Below are positions 47,454 through 57,536 of a stretch of DNA of 64,000 nucleotides, piece by piece. How positions within the stretch are numbered: position 1 is the first letter of the stretch; each line of letters opens with the position of its first letter. Source of the stretch: a virus; IMG/VR virus record IMGVR_UViG_3300046804_003294, positions 3,280 through 67,279 of that record; one strand, written 5' to 3'. The notes below the pieces were generated by a model, which worked only from the letters and a program-made list of their open reading frames with translations, did not search any database and was not told the DNA's origin. The position numbers and the translations under genes are program-made.

Positions 47454-48077
47454 ATGTTAGAGCACTTGTTGGACGAAACCATCTTTACTCCTGACGTGCT
47501 CCCCACGCCAGCGGCTAAACTCGTCTCCAAAGCTTCCCCCAAAGACATACTTGATGCGCAGGTCGAGACATCAAAATGGTTGGAAGAGCTGGGAGCCACG
47601 CCAGACGAGGACGTTTTTGATCAGATGCAGGAGCAAACCGCACGCGAGGCGTTCGCGGTGATGACGCAAAGCGCGGACCCCAAGCAGCAACGCGCCGCCT
47701 TGTCCAAGATCGAGACGCCAGAAGCGGTAAAACATCTGGTGGGCATGCTAACTGCCTACGATTGGCACTTTGTCGAGCAGGCCAAGGAGATCAGAGGCTA
47801 CGCTGTGGCCAAGCTGGTGGAGGAAACCGCCCACCCCGACGCAAAAATCCGGCTACGCGCGCTGGAGTTGCTGGGGAAAGTCACAGAAGTCGCGCTTTTC
47901 ACCGACCGCGTGGAGGTCAAGAAGACAGATTTGTCGGATTCCGAGCTGGAAGAGCGCATAAAAGAGAAGTTGGCGCGCATGGCACAGATAGTTGACGTCA
48001 CAGACGTCACAGACGTGACGGAAACAACCGCTGAAATCACAGAAACCCCTGATGAATCTGACGAAACAGGAGATTGA
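47454..48077 (+). CDS. terminase small subunit (putative)
   Basis: Directly upstream of terL; helical, RLRALELLGK...LFTDRVEV; start uncertain. Confidence 0.65.
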   Translation: MLEHLLDETIFTPDVLPTPAAKLVSKASPKDILDAQVETSKWLEELGATPDEDVFDQMQEQTAREAFAVMTQSADPKQQRAALSKIETPEAVKHLVGMLTAYDWHFVEQAKEIRGYAVAKLVEETAHPDAKIRLRALELLGKVTEVALFTDRVEVKKTDLSDSELEERIKEKLARMAQIVDVTDVTDVTETTAEITETPDESDETGD

Positions 48078-49590
48078 CGCGTTAAAACGCGTACTGCCCA
48101 CGCTTTCTCCAGAGGAAAAGGCGGAGTTGCTCGCTGATTTGGAAGAAAGGGCAGCGCGTGCGTCAAAGACTGCGGCAAAAACGTCTCTTCTGGGCTTTGC
48201 CACGCAGGTCTACCCCGGCTTCAAGATAGGACCCCACCACAGGAAGCTCTCAAAGATATTCACGGACGTGATCGAGGGCAGGAAAAAGCGGGTCATCATC
48301 AACATCGCGCCGCGTATGGGTAAGTCGGAGTTCTCCTCCTACCTGTTCCCGGCGTACTTCATGGGGCACTACCCTGAGAAGAAGATCATCATGGGCACGC
48401 ATACCGCGTCCCTCTCTGAAGACTTCGGTCGTCGCGTAAAGAACTTAATTGACAGTGAAGAATACCAAGAGATTTTCCCAAACACCCAGATCGCGGAAGA
48501 CCAGAAAGCCGCAGGTAAATGGTCCACAATGGCCGGAGGCCAGTATTACGCAGCAGGCGTTGGTGGAGCACTGGCCGGTCGTGGTGCAGACCTTTTTGTT
48601 ATCGACGACCCGCACTCAGAACAAGACATGAAGGCAAACAGCCGTCTGGCGTTTGACTCGGCATGGCAGTGGTTCCAGCAAGGTCCCTTGCAGCGTTTGA
48701 TGCCCAACGGGGCAATCATAGTAATTATGACGCGCTGGTCGCTGCTTGACCTGACTGGTCGGTTGATTGACTACCAGATCAAGAACCCTGATAGTGAGCC
48801 GTGGGAGATCGTGGAGCTGCCTGCGATACTGAACGAGGGCGACGAGAACGAGAAAAGCCTGTGGCCAGAGCAGTGGCCACTGGAGGTGTTGAAGTCCAAG
48901 AAGAGCGCGATGGACCCCCGGTACTGGAACGCGCAGTACATGCAGAACCCCACCGCTGAAGCATCCGCCATCATCAGCCGTGGCATGTGGAAGATATGGG
49001 AAGAGGACGAACCCCCACAATGTGAATACGTTATCCAGAGCTGGGATACCGCGCACGAGCAGAAAACCTCCGCTGACTACAGCGCCTGCACCACGTGGGG
49101 CGTGTTCTATAACGACGAGGACGGCGGGGCACCTAACCTGATACTGCTGGACGCGTTCAAGGACAGGATGATGTTTCCTGAACTAAAGCAGGTGGCGTAC
49201 AAACACTGGAAGGAGTGGGAGCCGGATGCGTTCATTGTGGAGAAAAAGGCAGCAGGTGCCCCGCTTATTCAAGAATTTAGGGCAATGGGTATTCCCGTGG
49301 ACGAGTTCACGCCAAGCCGAGGCAAGCAACGAGGCACCACAGACAAGACCGCACGACTTAACGCTGTCGCTGACTTCTTCTACAGTGGCAAGGTCTGGGC
49401 ACCAGATACACGATGGGCAAGAGAAGTAATTGAGGAACTCGCTGCCTTCCCCGTGGGCGAGCATGACGATTACGTCGATACGATCTCACAAGCGCTATTG
49501 CGCTACCGGCAAGGTGGGTTCATACGCCTGCCTTCGGACTACGAGGACGATCCGATATTTTTTAAGCGCAAGGCGCACGCATACTATTAA
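48052..49590 (+). CDS. terL: terminase large subunit
   Basis: APRMGKS Walker A, FVIDDPH Walker B, MTRW, QSWDTA nuclease, HDDYVD. Confidence 0.95.
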   Translation: MNLTKQEIDALKRVLPTLSPEEKAELLADLEERAARASKTAAKTSLLGFATQVYPGFKIGPHHRKLSKIFTDVIEGRKKRVIINIAPRMGKSEFSSYLFPAYFMGHYPEKKIIMGTHTASLSEDFGRRVKNLIDSEEYQEIFPNTQIAEDQKAAGKWSTMAGGQYYAAGVGGALAGRGADLFVIDDPHSEQDMKANSRLAFDSAWQWFQQGPLQRLMPNGAIIVIMTRWSLLDLTGRLIDYQIKNPDSEPWEIVELPAILNEGDENEKSLWPEQWPLEVLKSKKSAMDPRYWNAQYMQNPTAEASAIISRGMWKIWEEDEPPQCEYVIQSWDTAHEQKTSADYSACTTWGVFYNDEDGGAPNLILLDAFKDRMMFPELKQVAYKHWKEWEPDAFIVEKKAAGAPLIQEFRAMGIPVDEFTPSRGKQRGTTDKTARLNAVADFFYSGKVWAPDTRWAREVIEELAAFPVGEHDDYVDTISQALLRYRQGGFIRLPSDYEDDPIFFKRKAHAYY

Positions 49591-49599
49591 GGAGCCATC

Positions 49600-52086
49600 A
49601 TGGCTATAGACAAGGCACTGTATCAAGCACCGCTGGGCATGGACGCGCTGGCCAACGAGCCGGACATCGAGATTGAGATCGAGGACCCGGAGGCGGTCAA
49701 CATCCGCGCAGATGGGGTAGAGATAGAGATACGTCCCGGCGAGGAAGAGGGCGAGTTCAACGCCAACCTTGCTGAGCAGATGGATGCAGGCGAGCTGTCG
49801 TCATTAGTCGGTGAGCTGTTGGATGACGTCAAGAACGACCTGTCCGCACGCAAGGATTGGGAAGACATCTATAAAGACGGCTTGACCTTGCTGGGTCTGA
49901 AGTACGAGGAGAGGACAGAGCCGTGGGCTGGCGCGTGTGGTGTGTACCACCCCATGATCACAGAAGCGGTTATCCGGTTTCAGTCAGAGACAATAACTGA
50001 GACGTTCCCGGCCAAGGGACCAGCCAAGACCAAGATCATTGGCGACGAGACGCCAGAGAAAAAAGAGTCGGCAGTTCGTGTGGAAGAAGACATGAACTAC
50101 TACTTAACCGACAAGATGGCGGAGTTTCGCCCAGAGCATGAGAGGATGCTCTTCTCGCTGCCAGCCGCAGGCTCAGCGTTCAAGAAAGTCTATTTTGATG
50201 TGAACACCGAGCGGCCTGTGTCGCTATTTGTTCCGGCTGAAGACATCATCATTCCTTACGGCACCACTGAGCTGGCTACTTGTCCGCGGCTAACGCACCG
50301 GATGCGAAAGACTGAGAATGAGATCACAAAGCTACAAAAAGCTGGGTTCTATCGTGAGGTGGAGCTTGGTGAACCGCCGAAAGTCACTAACGAAATACAA
50401 CAGAAGAAAGACAAGGAAACGGGCATATCGGCGTCGTTTGATGACCGCTACGAGATATATGAGATTCACGCTGATCTTGATCTGCCGGGCTTCGAAGACA
50501 AAGATAAGGATGGCGAGCTTACAGGCATTGCGCTGCCGTACGTAGTTACTATCCTAAAAGGCTCTGACGAGGTGCTGTCTATCCGCCGCAACTGGCGAGA
50601 AGATGATGAGCTTAAACAGAAACGCCAACACTTTGTACACTATGTATATGTCCCCGGCTTGGGTCCGTACGGCTTTGGTTTGTTCCATTTAATTGGTGGC
50701 TACGCTAAATCAGCGACATCGCTGATGAGGCAACTGGTTGATGCAGGCACGCTGTCGAACTTGCCGGGCGGCTTGAAGTCCAGAGGACTACGAATTAAAG
50801 GTGATGACACGCCGATTGCTCCGGGCGAATGGCGTGACGTAGATACAGGTTCAGGAGCCATCCGTGACAACATACTGCCGCTACCTTACAAAGAACCATC
50901 GGCCACTCTATACAGCCTCCTTGGTACTATCGTTGAGGAGGGCAGACGTTTCGCAGCGACTGCCGACATCCAAGTGTCCGATATGTCGGCTAATACGCCG
51001 GTGGGAACAACTCTGGCCGTACTTGAGCGAACCCTCAAGGTTATGTCTGCCGTCCAAGCGCGGATACACTACTCGCTCAAACAAGAACTCAGACTGATCA
51101 AAGACATCATCCGGGACTACACCCCGGACGAGTACAGCTATCAGCCGGAGTACGGCACACCCCGCGCCAAGCGCGAGGACTACGATGATGTAGACATCAT
51201 CCCCGTCTCAGACCCTAACGCTGCGACCATGAGTCAACGCGTGGTGCAGCACCAAGCAGCGTTGCAACTGGCGCAAACCGCACCGCAGATATACGACATG
51301 CCACTCCTGCACCGTCAAATGCTGGAGACACTGGGCTTCAAGGACTTCCAAAAACTTGTCCCCATCGACGACGACATGAAGCCAACCGACCCCATATCCG
51401 AGAACATGAACATCCTGCGCCTAAAGCCGGTCAAAGCGTTCATGTATCAGGATCATGAGGCGCATATCAAGGTGCACATGAACGCCTTGAAAGACCCGCT
51501 GATTCAACAGATGGTGGGGCAGAACCCGCAAGCGCCGATGATTCAACAGGCGATGATGGCGCACTTGATGGAGCACATTGCGTTTGCATACCGCAGCAAG
51601 ATCGAGAAAGCACTGGGGGCGGACTTGCCGATGCCAGACGAGCCGATGAATCCGGCAGTGGAGGTGCAGCTCTCGCGTTTGGTGGCACAAGCCTCTCCCA
51701 TGGTGTTGCAGGAAAGCCAGAACATCGTGGCGCAACAACAAGCTGCTGCACAACAGCAGGCCATGGCACAAGACCCGATGCTCATGCTTCAGCAAGCAGA
51801 ACTGCAGTTGCGTCAGCAAGAGATCGAGATCAAACGCGCCAAGATGCAGGCAGACGCTGCGGCAGAAGCAGACAAGATCGAGCTGGAGAAAGACAAGCTC
51901 GCAGCCCAGATGGAGCTAGAAGGCTTGAAGGTTGGCTCCAAGATCAAGATAGACGAAGCAAAAATGAACGCCGACAACGAGCGCGAGGGAGTTCGTATCG
52001 GTGCAGAGATCGCGAAAAATCGCGCAGACCTGTCGATTAAACGTCGTCAGGCAGATAAACCTCAAGCCAAACCCAAAGGAGGCTAA
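49600..52086 (+). CDS. portal protein (P22-like, with C-terminal coiled-coil barrel)
   Basis: 828 aa after terL; GSAFKKVY, YGFGL, long Gln-rich coiled C-terminus. Confidence 0.88.
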   Translation: MAIDKALYQAPLGMDALANEPDIEIEIEDPEAVNIRADGVEIEIRPGEEEGEFNANLAEQMDAGELSSLVGELLDDVKNDLSARKDWEDIYKDGLTLLGLKYEERTEPWAGACGVYHPMITEAVIRFQSETITETFPAKGPAKTKIIGDETPEKKESAVRVEEDMNYYLTDKMAEFRPEHERMLFSLPAAGSAFKKVYFDVNTERPVSLFVPAEDIIIPYGTTELATCPRLTHRMRKTENEITKLQKAGFYREVELGEPPKVTNEIQQKKDKETGISASFDDRYEIYEIHADLDLPGFEDKDKDGELTGIALPYVVTILKGSDEVLSIRRNWREDDELKQKRQHFVHYVYVPGLGPYGFGLFHLIGGYAKSATSLMRQLVDAGTLSNLPGGLKSRGLRIKGDDTPIAPGEWRDVDTGSGAIRDNILPLPYKEPSATLYSLLGTIVEEGRRFAATADIQVSDMSANTPVGTTLAVLERTLKVMSAVQARIHYSLKQELRLIKDIIRDYTPDEYSYQPEYGTPRAKREDYDDVDIIPVSDPNAATMSQRVVQHQAALQLAQTAPQIYDMPLLHRQMLETLGFKDFQKLVPIDDDMKPTDPISENMNILRLKPVKAFMYQDHEAHIKVHMNALKDPLIQQMVGQNPQAPMIQQAMMAHLMEHIAFAYRSKIEKALGADLPMPDEPMNPAVEVQLSRLVAQASPMVLQESQNIVAQQQAAAQQQAMAQDPMLMLQQAELQLRQQEIEIKRAKMQADAAAEADKIELEKDKLAAQMELEGLKVGSKIKIDEAKMNADNEREGVRIGAEIAKNRADLSIKRRQADKPQAKPKGG

Positions 52087-52301
52087 TGTCCACTATCCAC
52101 GAGTACACATCGTTCGTTGACGTCCTGCGCAAGAAAATTCGGGATGACATGAACAACTATTGTGACGATCTCGCAGGCGGTGCCTGTGCTGACTATGCGG
52201 CTTATACAAAGCTTTGCGGTGTGATTCAAGGTCTAGCTATCGCAGAGCGCCATTTACTTGACCTTGCTGAGAAAGCCCTTAAGGACGACGAAGATGAGTG
52301 A
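52086..52301 (+). CDS. small conserved head-module protein
   Basis: DYAAY.KLCG.IQGL motif between portal and the GroES-like gene. Confidence 0.7.
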   Translation: MSTIHEYTSFVDVLRKKIRDDMNNYCDDLAGGACADYAAYTKLCGVIQGLAIAERHLLDLAEKALKDDEDE

Positions 52302-52731
52302 TCTACTTCTTCCGCAATACCTGAAAGACCTGATTGACGCTGAAAAGAAAATTGACGAAGAACGAGTGGATGCACCCGGCGATGCGGCAAAAGCACGCCA
52401 GTTGCCAAGACCTACGGGATTTAAAGTCCTGTGCGTCGTGCCACCTGCTGATGACACCTTCGAGGATTCGATGTTGGTGAAATCAACTATGTCGCAGCGT
52501 ATTGAAGAGCAAACCACAACGGTGCTGTTTGTTGTGGCAGTTGGACCTGATGCCTATAAAGACCCGGTGAAGTTCCCATCTGGTCCGTGGTGCAAGGAAG
52601 GGGATTTTGTTCTGGTGCGCGCATACAGCGGCACACGGTTCACAATCCATGGGCGTGAATTCCGCATGATTAACGACGATCAGGTGGACGGCACGGTGGA
52701 AGACCCGCGCGGTTACGCACGCGCAGCGTAA
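52294..52731 (+). CDS. groES: GroES/Cpn10-like co-chaperonin
   Basis: PTGFKVL, VVAVGPDAY, CKEGDFVL...YSGT, EFRMINDD.V. Confidence 0.8.
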   Translation: MSDLLLPQYLKDLIDAEKKIDEERVDAPGDAAKARQLPRPTGFKVLCVVPPADDTFEDSMLVKSTMSQRIEEQTTTVLFVVAVGPDAYKDPVKFPSGPWCKEGDFVLVRAYSGTRFTIHGREFRMINDDQVDGTVEDPRGYARAA

Positions 52732-52741
52732 GGAGAGATGT

Positions 52742-53740
52742 ATGGCTAATGAAGAGTACATGACGGAGCTAAAGGTTCCGGGTCGTGACGATGACGACTT
52801 GCCGGATATTCGCAGACCTGAAGAGGATGACATCGAGATTGATGTCAGCGCCGAGTCCGATGTTGAGATCGAAATAGAAGACGATACCCCGCCCGACGAC
52901 AGAGGCCGAAAGCCGCTGGATAGGGATGTAACTGACCCGTCCGATGACGAGATTGAGCAGTACAGCGACAAGGTGCAAAAGCGCATCAAGGAGCTGGCTC
53001 ATGCCCGTCACGACGAGCGCCGCGCCAAGGAAGCCGCCCTGCGAGAGCGGGAAGAGGCTATCCGGGTTGCCCAGCAGCTTGTGGAGGAGAACAAGAAGCT
53101 GCGTGGCTATGTCAATACAGGGGAGCAGACTTTTGCCGAGGTGTTGAAGTCCAAGGCAGAGGCCGATCTTGAGATGGCTCGCCGCAAGTACAAAGAGGCA
53201 GCGGAGGCGTACGACACCGACGGGATGTTGGCCGCACAGGAGGAACTGGCCGACGCCAAGCTGCGGCTTGACAAGGCAGTAAATTTTAAGCCGACCTCTT
53301 TACAAGAAGAACCAGAACAGGTATATAGTCAGCCATCACCTCCGCCAGAGGTGCGCCCGGACGAAAAAACCCTGCGCTGGCAGGCAAGAAACCAGTGGTT
53401 CGGAGCACCCGGTTACGAGGAAGTCACCGCGATGGCACTCGCTACTCATCAGCGCCTAACCGCCGAGCGTGGGCTGGAATTTGCCCGGACTGACGAATAC
53501 TTCGAGCGTATTGACGCTCGCCTCAGAGAAAAGTTCCCGGAAGTATTTGGGGAACCGCAGAAGTCACAAGCTCCCACTTCTAAAAGACCAGCCGCGACAG
53601 TTGTCGCACCCGCTGCGCGTTCTGCTGCAACCAAGAAGGTTAAGTTAACAAAATCGCAAGAAGTGATAGCGGCAAAGCTTGGCTTAACCCCTAAACAGTA
53701 CGCAATTGAACTTATGAAGCTGGAGGCTCGAAATGGCTAA
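52742..53740 (+). CDS. capsid scaffolding protein
   Basis: Acidic N-terminus, coiled coil, C-terminal LTKSQ..IA.KLGLTPKQYA. Confidence 0.75.
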   Translation: MANEEYMTELKVPGRDDDDLPDIRRPEEDDIEIDVSAESDVEIEIEDDTPPDDRGRKPLDRDVTDPSDDEIEQYSDKVQKRIKELAHARHDERRAKEAALREREEAIRVAQQLVEENKKLRGYVNTGEQTFAEVLKSKAEADLEMARRKYKEAAEAYDTDGMLAAQEELADAKLRLDKAVNFKPTSLQEEPEQVYSQPSPPPEVRPDEKTLRWQARNQWFGAPGYEEVTAMALATHQRLTAERGLEFARTDEYFERIDARLREKFPEVFGEPQKSQAPTSKRPAATVVAPAARSAATKKVKLTKSQEVIAAKLGLTPKQYAIELMKLEARNG

Positions 53741-54173
53741 TACCCCACGTATTCCCCGTGAACTAGAAACACGCGAAAAAGAAACTCGGATTGACTACAA
53801 ACCGCCGAGCGTTTTGCCAGACCCAACCCCTGATCCTGATTATGGGTACCGCTGGATTGCTACGCATATCGTCAGCCAAGCTGCCCCGTCTCACGTGTCA
53901 AAACAGATTCGTGATGGCTGGGAACCAGTAAGAGCTGAAGATCATCCTGAACTGATGTTGCCTGCTAACGCAAATGGCAACGTCGAAATGGGCGGCTTGA
54001 TGCTGTGCCGCATGCCCAAGGAAAAGATCAACGCGCGTAACGAGTATTACCAGCGACAGGCCGAGGGCTGGATGCAATCAGTTGATAACAACCTGATGCG
54101 TCAAAGCGACCCGCGGATGCCAATCTTCAACGAGCGGAAATCCACGACTAGCTTTGGCAAAGGTACGAAGTAA
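53733..54173 (+). CDS. conserved head-module hypothetical protein
   Basis: YRWI...GWEPV...GGLMLC motif. Confidence 0.7.
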   Translation: MANTPRIPRELETREKETRIDYKPPSVLPDPTPDPDYGYRWIATHIVSQAAPSHVSKQIRDGWEPVRAEDHPELMLPANANGNVEMGGLMLCRMPKEKINARNEYYQRQAEGWMQSVDNNLMRQSDPRMPIFNERKSTTSFGKGTK

Positions 54174-54195
54174 ATACTAACCTTGGAGTGAAGCT

Positions 54196-54840
54196 ATGGC
54201 ATATCCCACAGTTGACAAGCCGTACGGCTTGCAGCCGGTCAATCTGATCGGCGGTCAGCCCTATGCCGGTTCCACTCGCCTGATGTCTATTGCCAATGGT
54301 TATGGCACGGACCTCTTTTATGGCGATGTGGTAAAGCGTGTGTCCAACGGTACCGTCGAGAAAGACACTGGTACCAGCACCGCTACCCCGGTGGGCATTT
54401 TTGTAGGTTGCACCTACACTAACCCCTCTACTAAGCAGAAGCAATTTGCCCAGAACTGGCCAGCCGGTACGCAAGCAACTGACGCCCAAGCTTATGTCGT
54501 GGATGATCCTGATGTTCTGTTCAAAGTGGCAACGGTTTCGACCGGCACCACTGTCGCTTTCTATGGTCCCAACCTAGTTGGCGAGAACGCAGTTCTAGTT
54601 CAGAACGCTGGCTCGAACACCACCGGCGACTCTGCCGTTGGCATCTTCGGCGGTAACACTGCAACTACTGCTTCGTTCCCGATCCGTATTGTTGATCTGG
54701 TACCTGACACTGGCAACGGCTCCAACGGCTATTGCGAGTTCATTTGCAAGTTCAACGCACCATACGCGGCTTCGAACAACAGCGGTACCGTAGTTACCAT
54801 GACCGGCGGTCATCAGTATCTCAACCCGACAGGCGTATAA
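54196..54840 (+). CDS. putative capsid decoration/minor capsid protein
   Basis: Beta-rich; immediately upstream of the major capsid gene; strong RBS. Confidence 0.65.
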   Translation: MAYPTVDKPYGLQPVNLIGGQPYAGSTRLMSIANGYGTDLFYGDVVKRVSNGTVEKDTGTSTATPVGIFVGCTYTNPSTKQKQFAQNWPAGTQATDAQAYVVDDPDVLFKVATVSTGTTVAFYGPNLVGENAVLVQNAGSNTTGDSAVGIFGGNTATTASFPIRIVDLVPDTGNGSNGYCEFICKFNAPYAASNNSGTVVTMTGGHQYLNPTGV

Positions 54841-54850
54841 GGAGTAAACC

Positions 54851-55759
54851 ATGGCTATTTCACGCGCTCAATTGCTTAAAGAGCTGCTGCCCGGCCTGAA
54901 CGCCCTGTTCGGTCTGGAGTACGCACGCTACGGCGAAGAACACAAGGAAATCTACGAAACCGAGACTTCTGAGCGTTCGTTCGAAGAAGAAACCAAGCTG
55001 TCAGGCTTTACTGCCGCACCTGTCAAAAACGAAGGTAGTGCAATTCGTTACGACAATGCGCAGGAAGCATGGACTGCTCGATATAATCACGAGACTATCG
55101 CTCAGGGCTTCTCCCTGACCGAAGAGGCCATTGAAGATAACCTGTACGACTCGCTGTCGTCGCGTTACACCAAGGCTCTCGCACGCTCGATGGCTTATAC
55201 CAAGCAGGTCAAGGCAGCGGCTGTTCTGAACAACGGCTTCTCCTCCAGCTACACTGGCGGCGATGGCGTCTCCCTGTTCAGCTCTCAGCACCCGCTGGTA
55301 TCTGGTGGCACCAACAGCAACATTCCGACGACCCCTGCAGACCTGAACGAGACTTCGCTTGAAGCCGCCGTTATTCAGATTGCTGCTTGGACTGACGAAC
55401 GTGGTCTGCTGATTGCCGCTAAGCCCCGCAAGCTGATCATCCCGTCGGCTCTGCAGTTCGTTGCTACTCGTCTGTTGGAAACCAGCCTGCGCGTTGGTAC
55501 CACCGACAACGACATCAACGCCCTGAAGAACAACGGTTCGATTCCAGAAGGCTACGCAATCAACCACTTCTTGACCGACACGAACGCATGGTTCCTGACC
55601 ACTGATGTTCCCAACGGCATGAAGCACTTTGTACGCGTTCCCATGTCAACTGGAATGGACGGAGATTTTGACACTGGCAACGTGCGCTACAAGGCACGTG
55701 AGCGTTATTCGTTCGGCTGGTCAGATCCTCTGGGCATGTACGGCTCGCAAGGCGCGTAA
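54851..55759 (+). CDS. major capsid protein (HK97 fold, Mu gpT-like)
   Basis: MAISRAQLLKELLPGLNALFG, GGDGVSLFS..HP, YKARERYSFGWSD; strong codon bias; followed by a terminator. Confidence 0.9.
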   Translation: MAISRAQLLKELLPGLNALFGLEYARYGEEHKEIYETETSERSFEEETKLSGFTAAPVKNEGSAIRYDNAQEAWTARYNHETIAQGFSLTEEAIEDNLYDSLSSRYTKALARSMAYTKQVKAAAVLNNGFSSSYTGGDGVSLFSSQHPLVSGGTNSNIPTTPADLNETSLEAAVIQIAAWTDERGLLIAAKPRKLIIPSALQFVATRLLETSLRVGTTDNDINALKNNGSIPEGYAINHFLTDTNAWFLTTDVPNGMKHFVRVPMSTGMDGDFDTGNVRYKARERYSFGWSDPLGMYGSQGA

Positions 55760-55760
55760 G

Positions 55761-55787
55761 AAGAGGGGGCTTTACGCCCCCTCTTTT
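55761..55787 (+). terminator. rho-independent terminator after capsid gene
   Basis: AAGAGGGGGC-TTTAC-GCCCCCTCTT-TT. Confidence 0.85.
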
Positions 55788-55800
55788 GTAGGTTATAAAG

Positions 55801-55883
55801 CGGTATCTCCGGGAACCCCCGGTACGGCAAACAGCTCCCGGCTGATTACATGCAAATTGCCATACCGAACTCGCATGTGAGGA
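55801..55883 (+). ncRNA. candidate pseudoknotted RNA element
   Basis: Three interleaved helices (see findings). Confidence 0.45.
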
Positions 55884-55892
55884 CAATTTAAA

Positions 55893-56363
55893 ATGGGCAT
55901 CTCTACTACCCAAAGCATCTGGCGCTCCGGCGGCAACGATCCGACGCGTCAAGCTTACTGCGGCTCAGCACTGCTGGCTGCCACTTTCTATTCTGCTAAC
56001 GCTGCAGCTAGTTCCAATGCCGTTGTGGCCTTGGGGCAAACCGCAGAAGTTACGCTCCCGGCAAACGCCGTGGTTGTGTCTATCTTAGTTACTGACCCAA
56101 CTTCCGCAGGTGCGATCAATGTTGGCTACACCATTGTTGGTGGCGCGTCCAACGCTTCGTACTTTGTGTCTGGCTTGACTGCTACTGGTGCAAAGACGGT
56201 TACTCCCGGCGCAACTAACGCTGGTGGTGGCATGGGTATTACGCCTTCGGCAAGTGATAACTTTACCATCACAGTCTCAGACGGTGGTTCGGCTTCGGGC
56301 AATGTTGGCGGAATTATTCAGTACTACGTAGCTGATTATCTGTTCGGCCAGCAAAACGTCTGA
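55893..56363 (+). CDS. putative virion structural protein
   Basis: Small-residue, beta-rich; GAGG RBS. Confidence 0.65.
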   Translation: MGISTTQSIWRSGGNDPTRQAYCGSALLAATFYSANAAASSNAVVALGQTAEVTLPANAVVVSILVTDPTSAGAINVGYTIVGGASNASYFVSGLTATGAKTVTPGATNAGGGMGITPSASDNFTITVSDGGSASGNVGGIIQYYVADYLFGQQNV

Positions 56364-56375
56364 TAGGAGGCCATC

Positions 56376-56645
56376 ATGGCTATGCAAACAGACGTTAAAG
56401 CCAAGAGTATTAGCTCTACGGGATTGGTATATGAAGGGCGTACAAGGGTCAAGAGCGTGCTCATTGGCCCAACGTCCAACGCAGGGAATGTCACGTTGGT
56501 TGATGGGGGAACAAATGTGTTTGTTGTTCCCACAACAGCTAACGGCGAAACCTTTGCTTTTTTGATCCCCGATCAAGGCGTGCTGTTCCAAACGAACGTA
56601 TCAGCTATTTTGGTCAACGCATCTTTAACGGTGTTCTATGGCTAA
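56376..56645 (+). CDS. putative virion structural protein
   Basis: GGAGG RBS; IPDQGVLF...LTVFYG. Confidence 0.65.
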   Translation: MAMQTDVKAKSISSTGLVYEGRTRVKSVLIGPTSNAGNVTLVDGGTNVFVVPTTANGETFAFLIPDQGVLFQTNVSAILVNASLTVFYG

Positions 56646-56892
56646 GAGTCCGGCATGGCAGAGGAAAGAAGGCAAGAATCCCAAGGGCGGGTTGAACGCC
56701 AAAGGGCGAGCCTCTTACAACGCGGCAAACCCCGGCAAGCCGGGGCTGAAGGCTCCTCAACCAGAGGGGGGTCCACGAAAGCGTTCCTTCTGCGCGCGCA
56801 TGGAAGGGATGAAAAAGAAATTAACTTCATCCAAAACAGCCAGCGACCCGAACAGTCGTATTAACAAGTCTTTAAGGGCATGGAAGTGTTAA
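56638..56892 (+). CDS. basic conserved phage protein (DUF6321-like)
   Basis: GGLNAKGR...RKRSFCARM.G...SRINKSLRAWKC. Confidence 0.7.
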   Translation: MAKSPAWQRKEGKNPKGGLNAKGRASYNAANPGKPGLKAPQPEGGPRKRSFCARMEGMKKKLTSSKTASDPNSRINKSLRAWKC

Positions 56893-56894
56893 GC

Positions 56895-57134
56895 ATGACT
56901 CCCGAAATTGAAACGGCGCGTGAGCTTGCAACTCACGCGAACGACATCAAGCATTTGCAGGACGACATGGACTCCATGAAGGAGGACGTTGCCGCCATTC
57001 GCAAATCAATTGAGGAAATAAACAAGACGCTTTCTGAGGCAAAGGGTGGTTGGAAAGTGTTGATGTGGGCTGGCGGTGCGGCTAGTGGCATGTCTGCGCT
57101 TGTTGGGTTTCTATCAGGCAAGTGGAGTAACTAA
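56895..57134 (+). CDS. coiled-coil protein with C-terminal membrane segment
   Basis: Heptad region followed by GGWKVLMWAGG hydrophobic tail. Confidence 0.65.
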   Translation: MTPEIETARELATHANDIKHLQDDMDSMKEDVAAIRKSIEEINKTLSEAKGGWKVLMWAGGAASGMSALVGFLSGKWSN

Positions 57135-57535
57135 TGCCTGCCGTTAGTAAAAAGCAGGAAAGGTTCATGCAAGCAGTGGCGCATAACCCAAAGTTTGCAA
57201 AGAAAGCAGGCGTGCCGCAATCCGTGGGACGCGAATTTACCAAAGCCGGAGGAGGCGAAATGAAAGAGCCAAAAGGAATGATGAAAAAAGAGATCGGTTT
57301 CATGAAGAAAAAGGGCGCGCCAAAGTCCATGATCAAGCATGAGATGAAAGAAGCTGGCATGAAAAAAGGCGGCATGGCTAAGTACGCCAACGGCGGCATG
57401 ACTTCATCGAAGATGGGCGCGGTCAAGACTGCAGCTCCTAGCCGTGATGGTGTTGCTGAGCGTGGCAAAACCAAAGGTAAGCAAATCGTCATGGCCGGTG
57501 GCAAAGGTATGAAGTACGGCGGCAAGGCTTGCTGA
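57134..57535 (+). CDS. Lys/Met/Gly-rich basic protein
   Basis: TAATG-coupled; repeated xxKGG/xxNGG motifs. Confidence 0.7.
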   Translation: MPAVSKKQERFMQAVAHNPKFAKKAGVPQSVGREFTKAGGGEMKEPKGMMKKEIGFMKKKGAPKSMIKHEMKEAGMKKGGMAKYANGGMTSSKMGAVKTAAPSRDGVAERGKTKGKQIVMAGGKGMKYGGKAC

Positions 57536-57536
57536 G

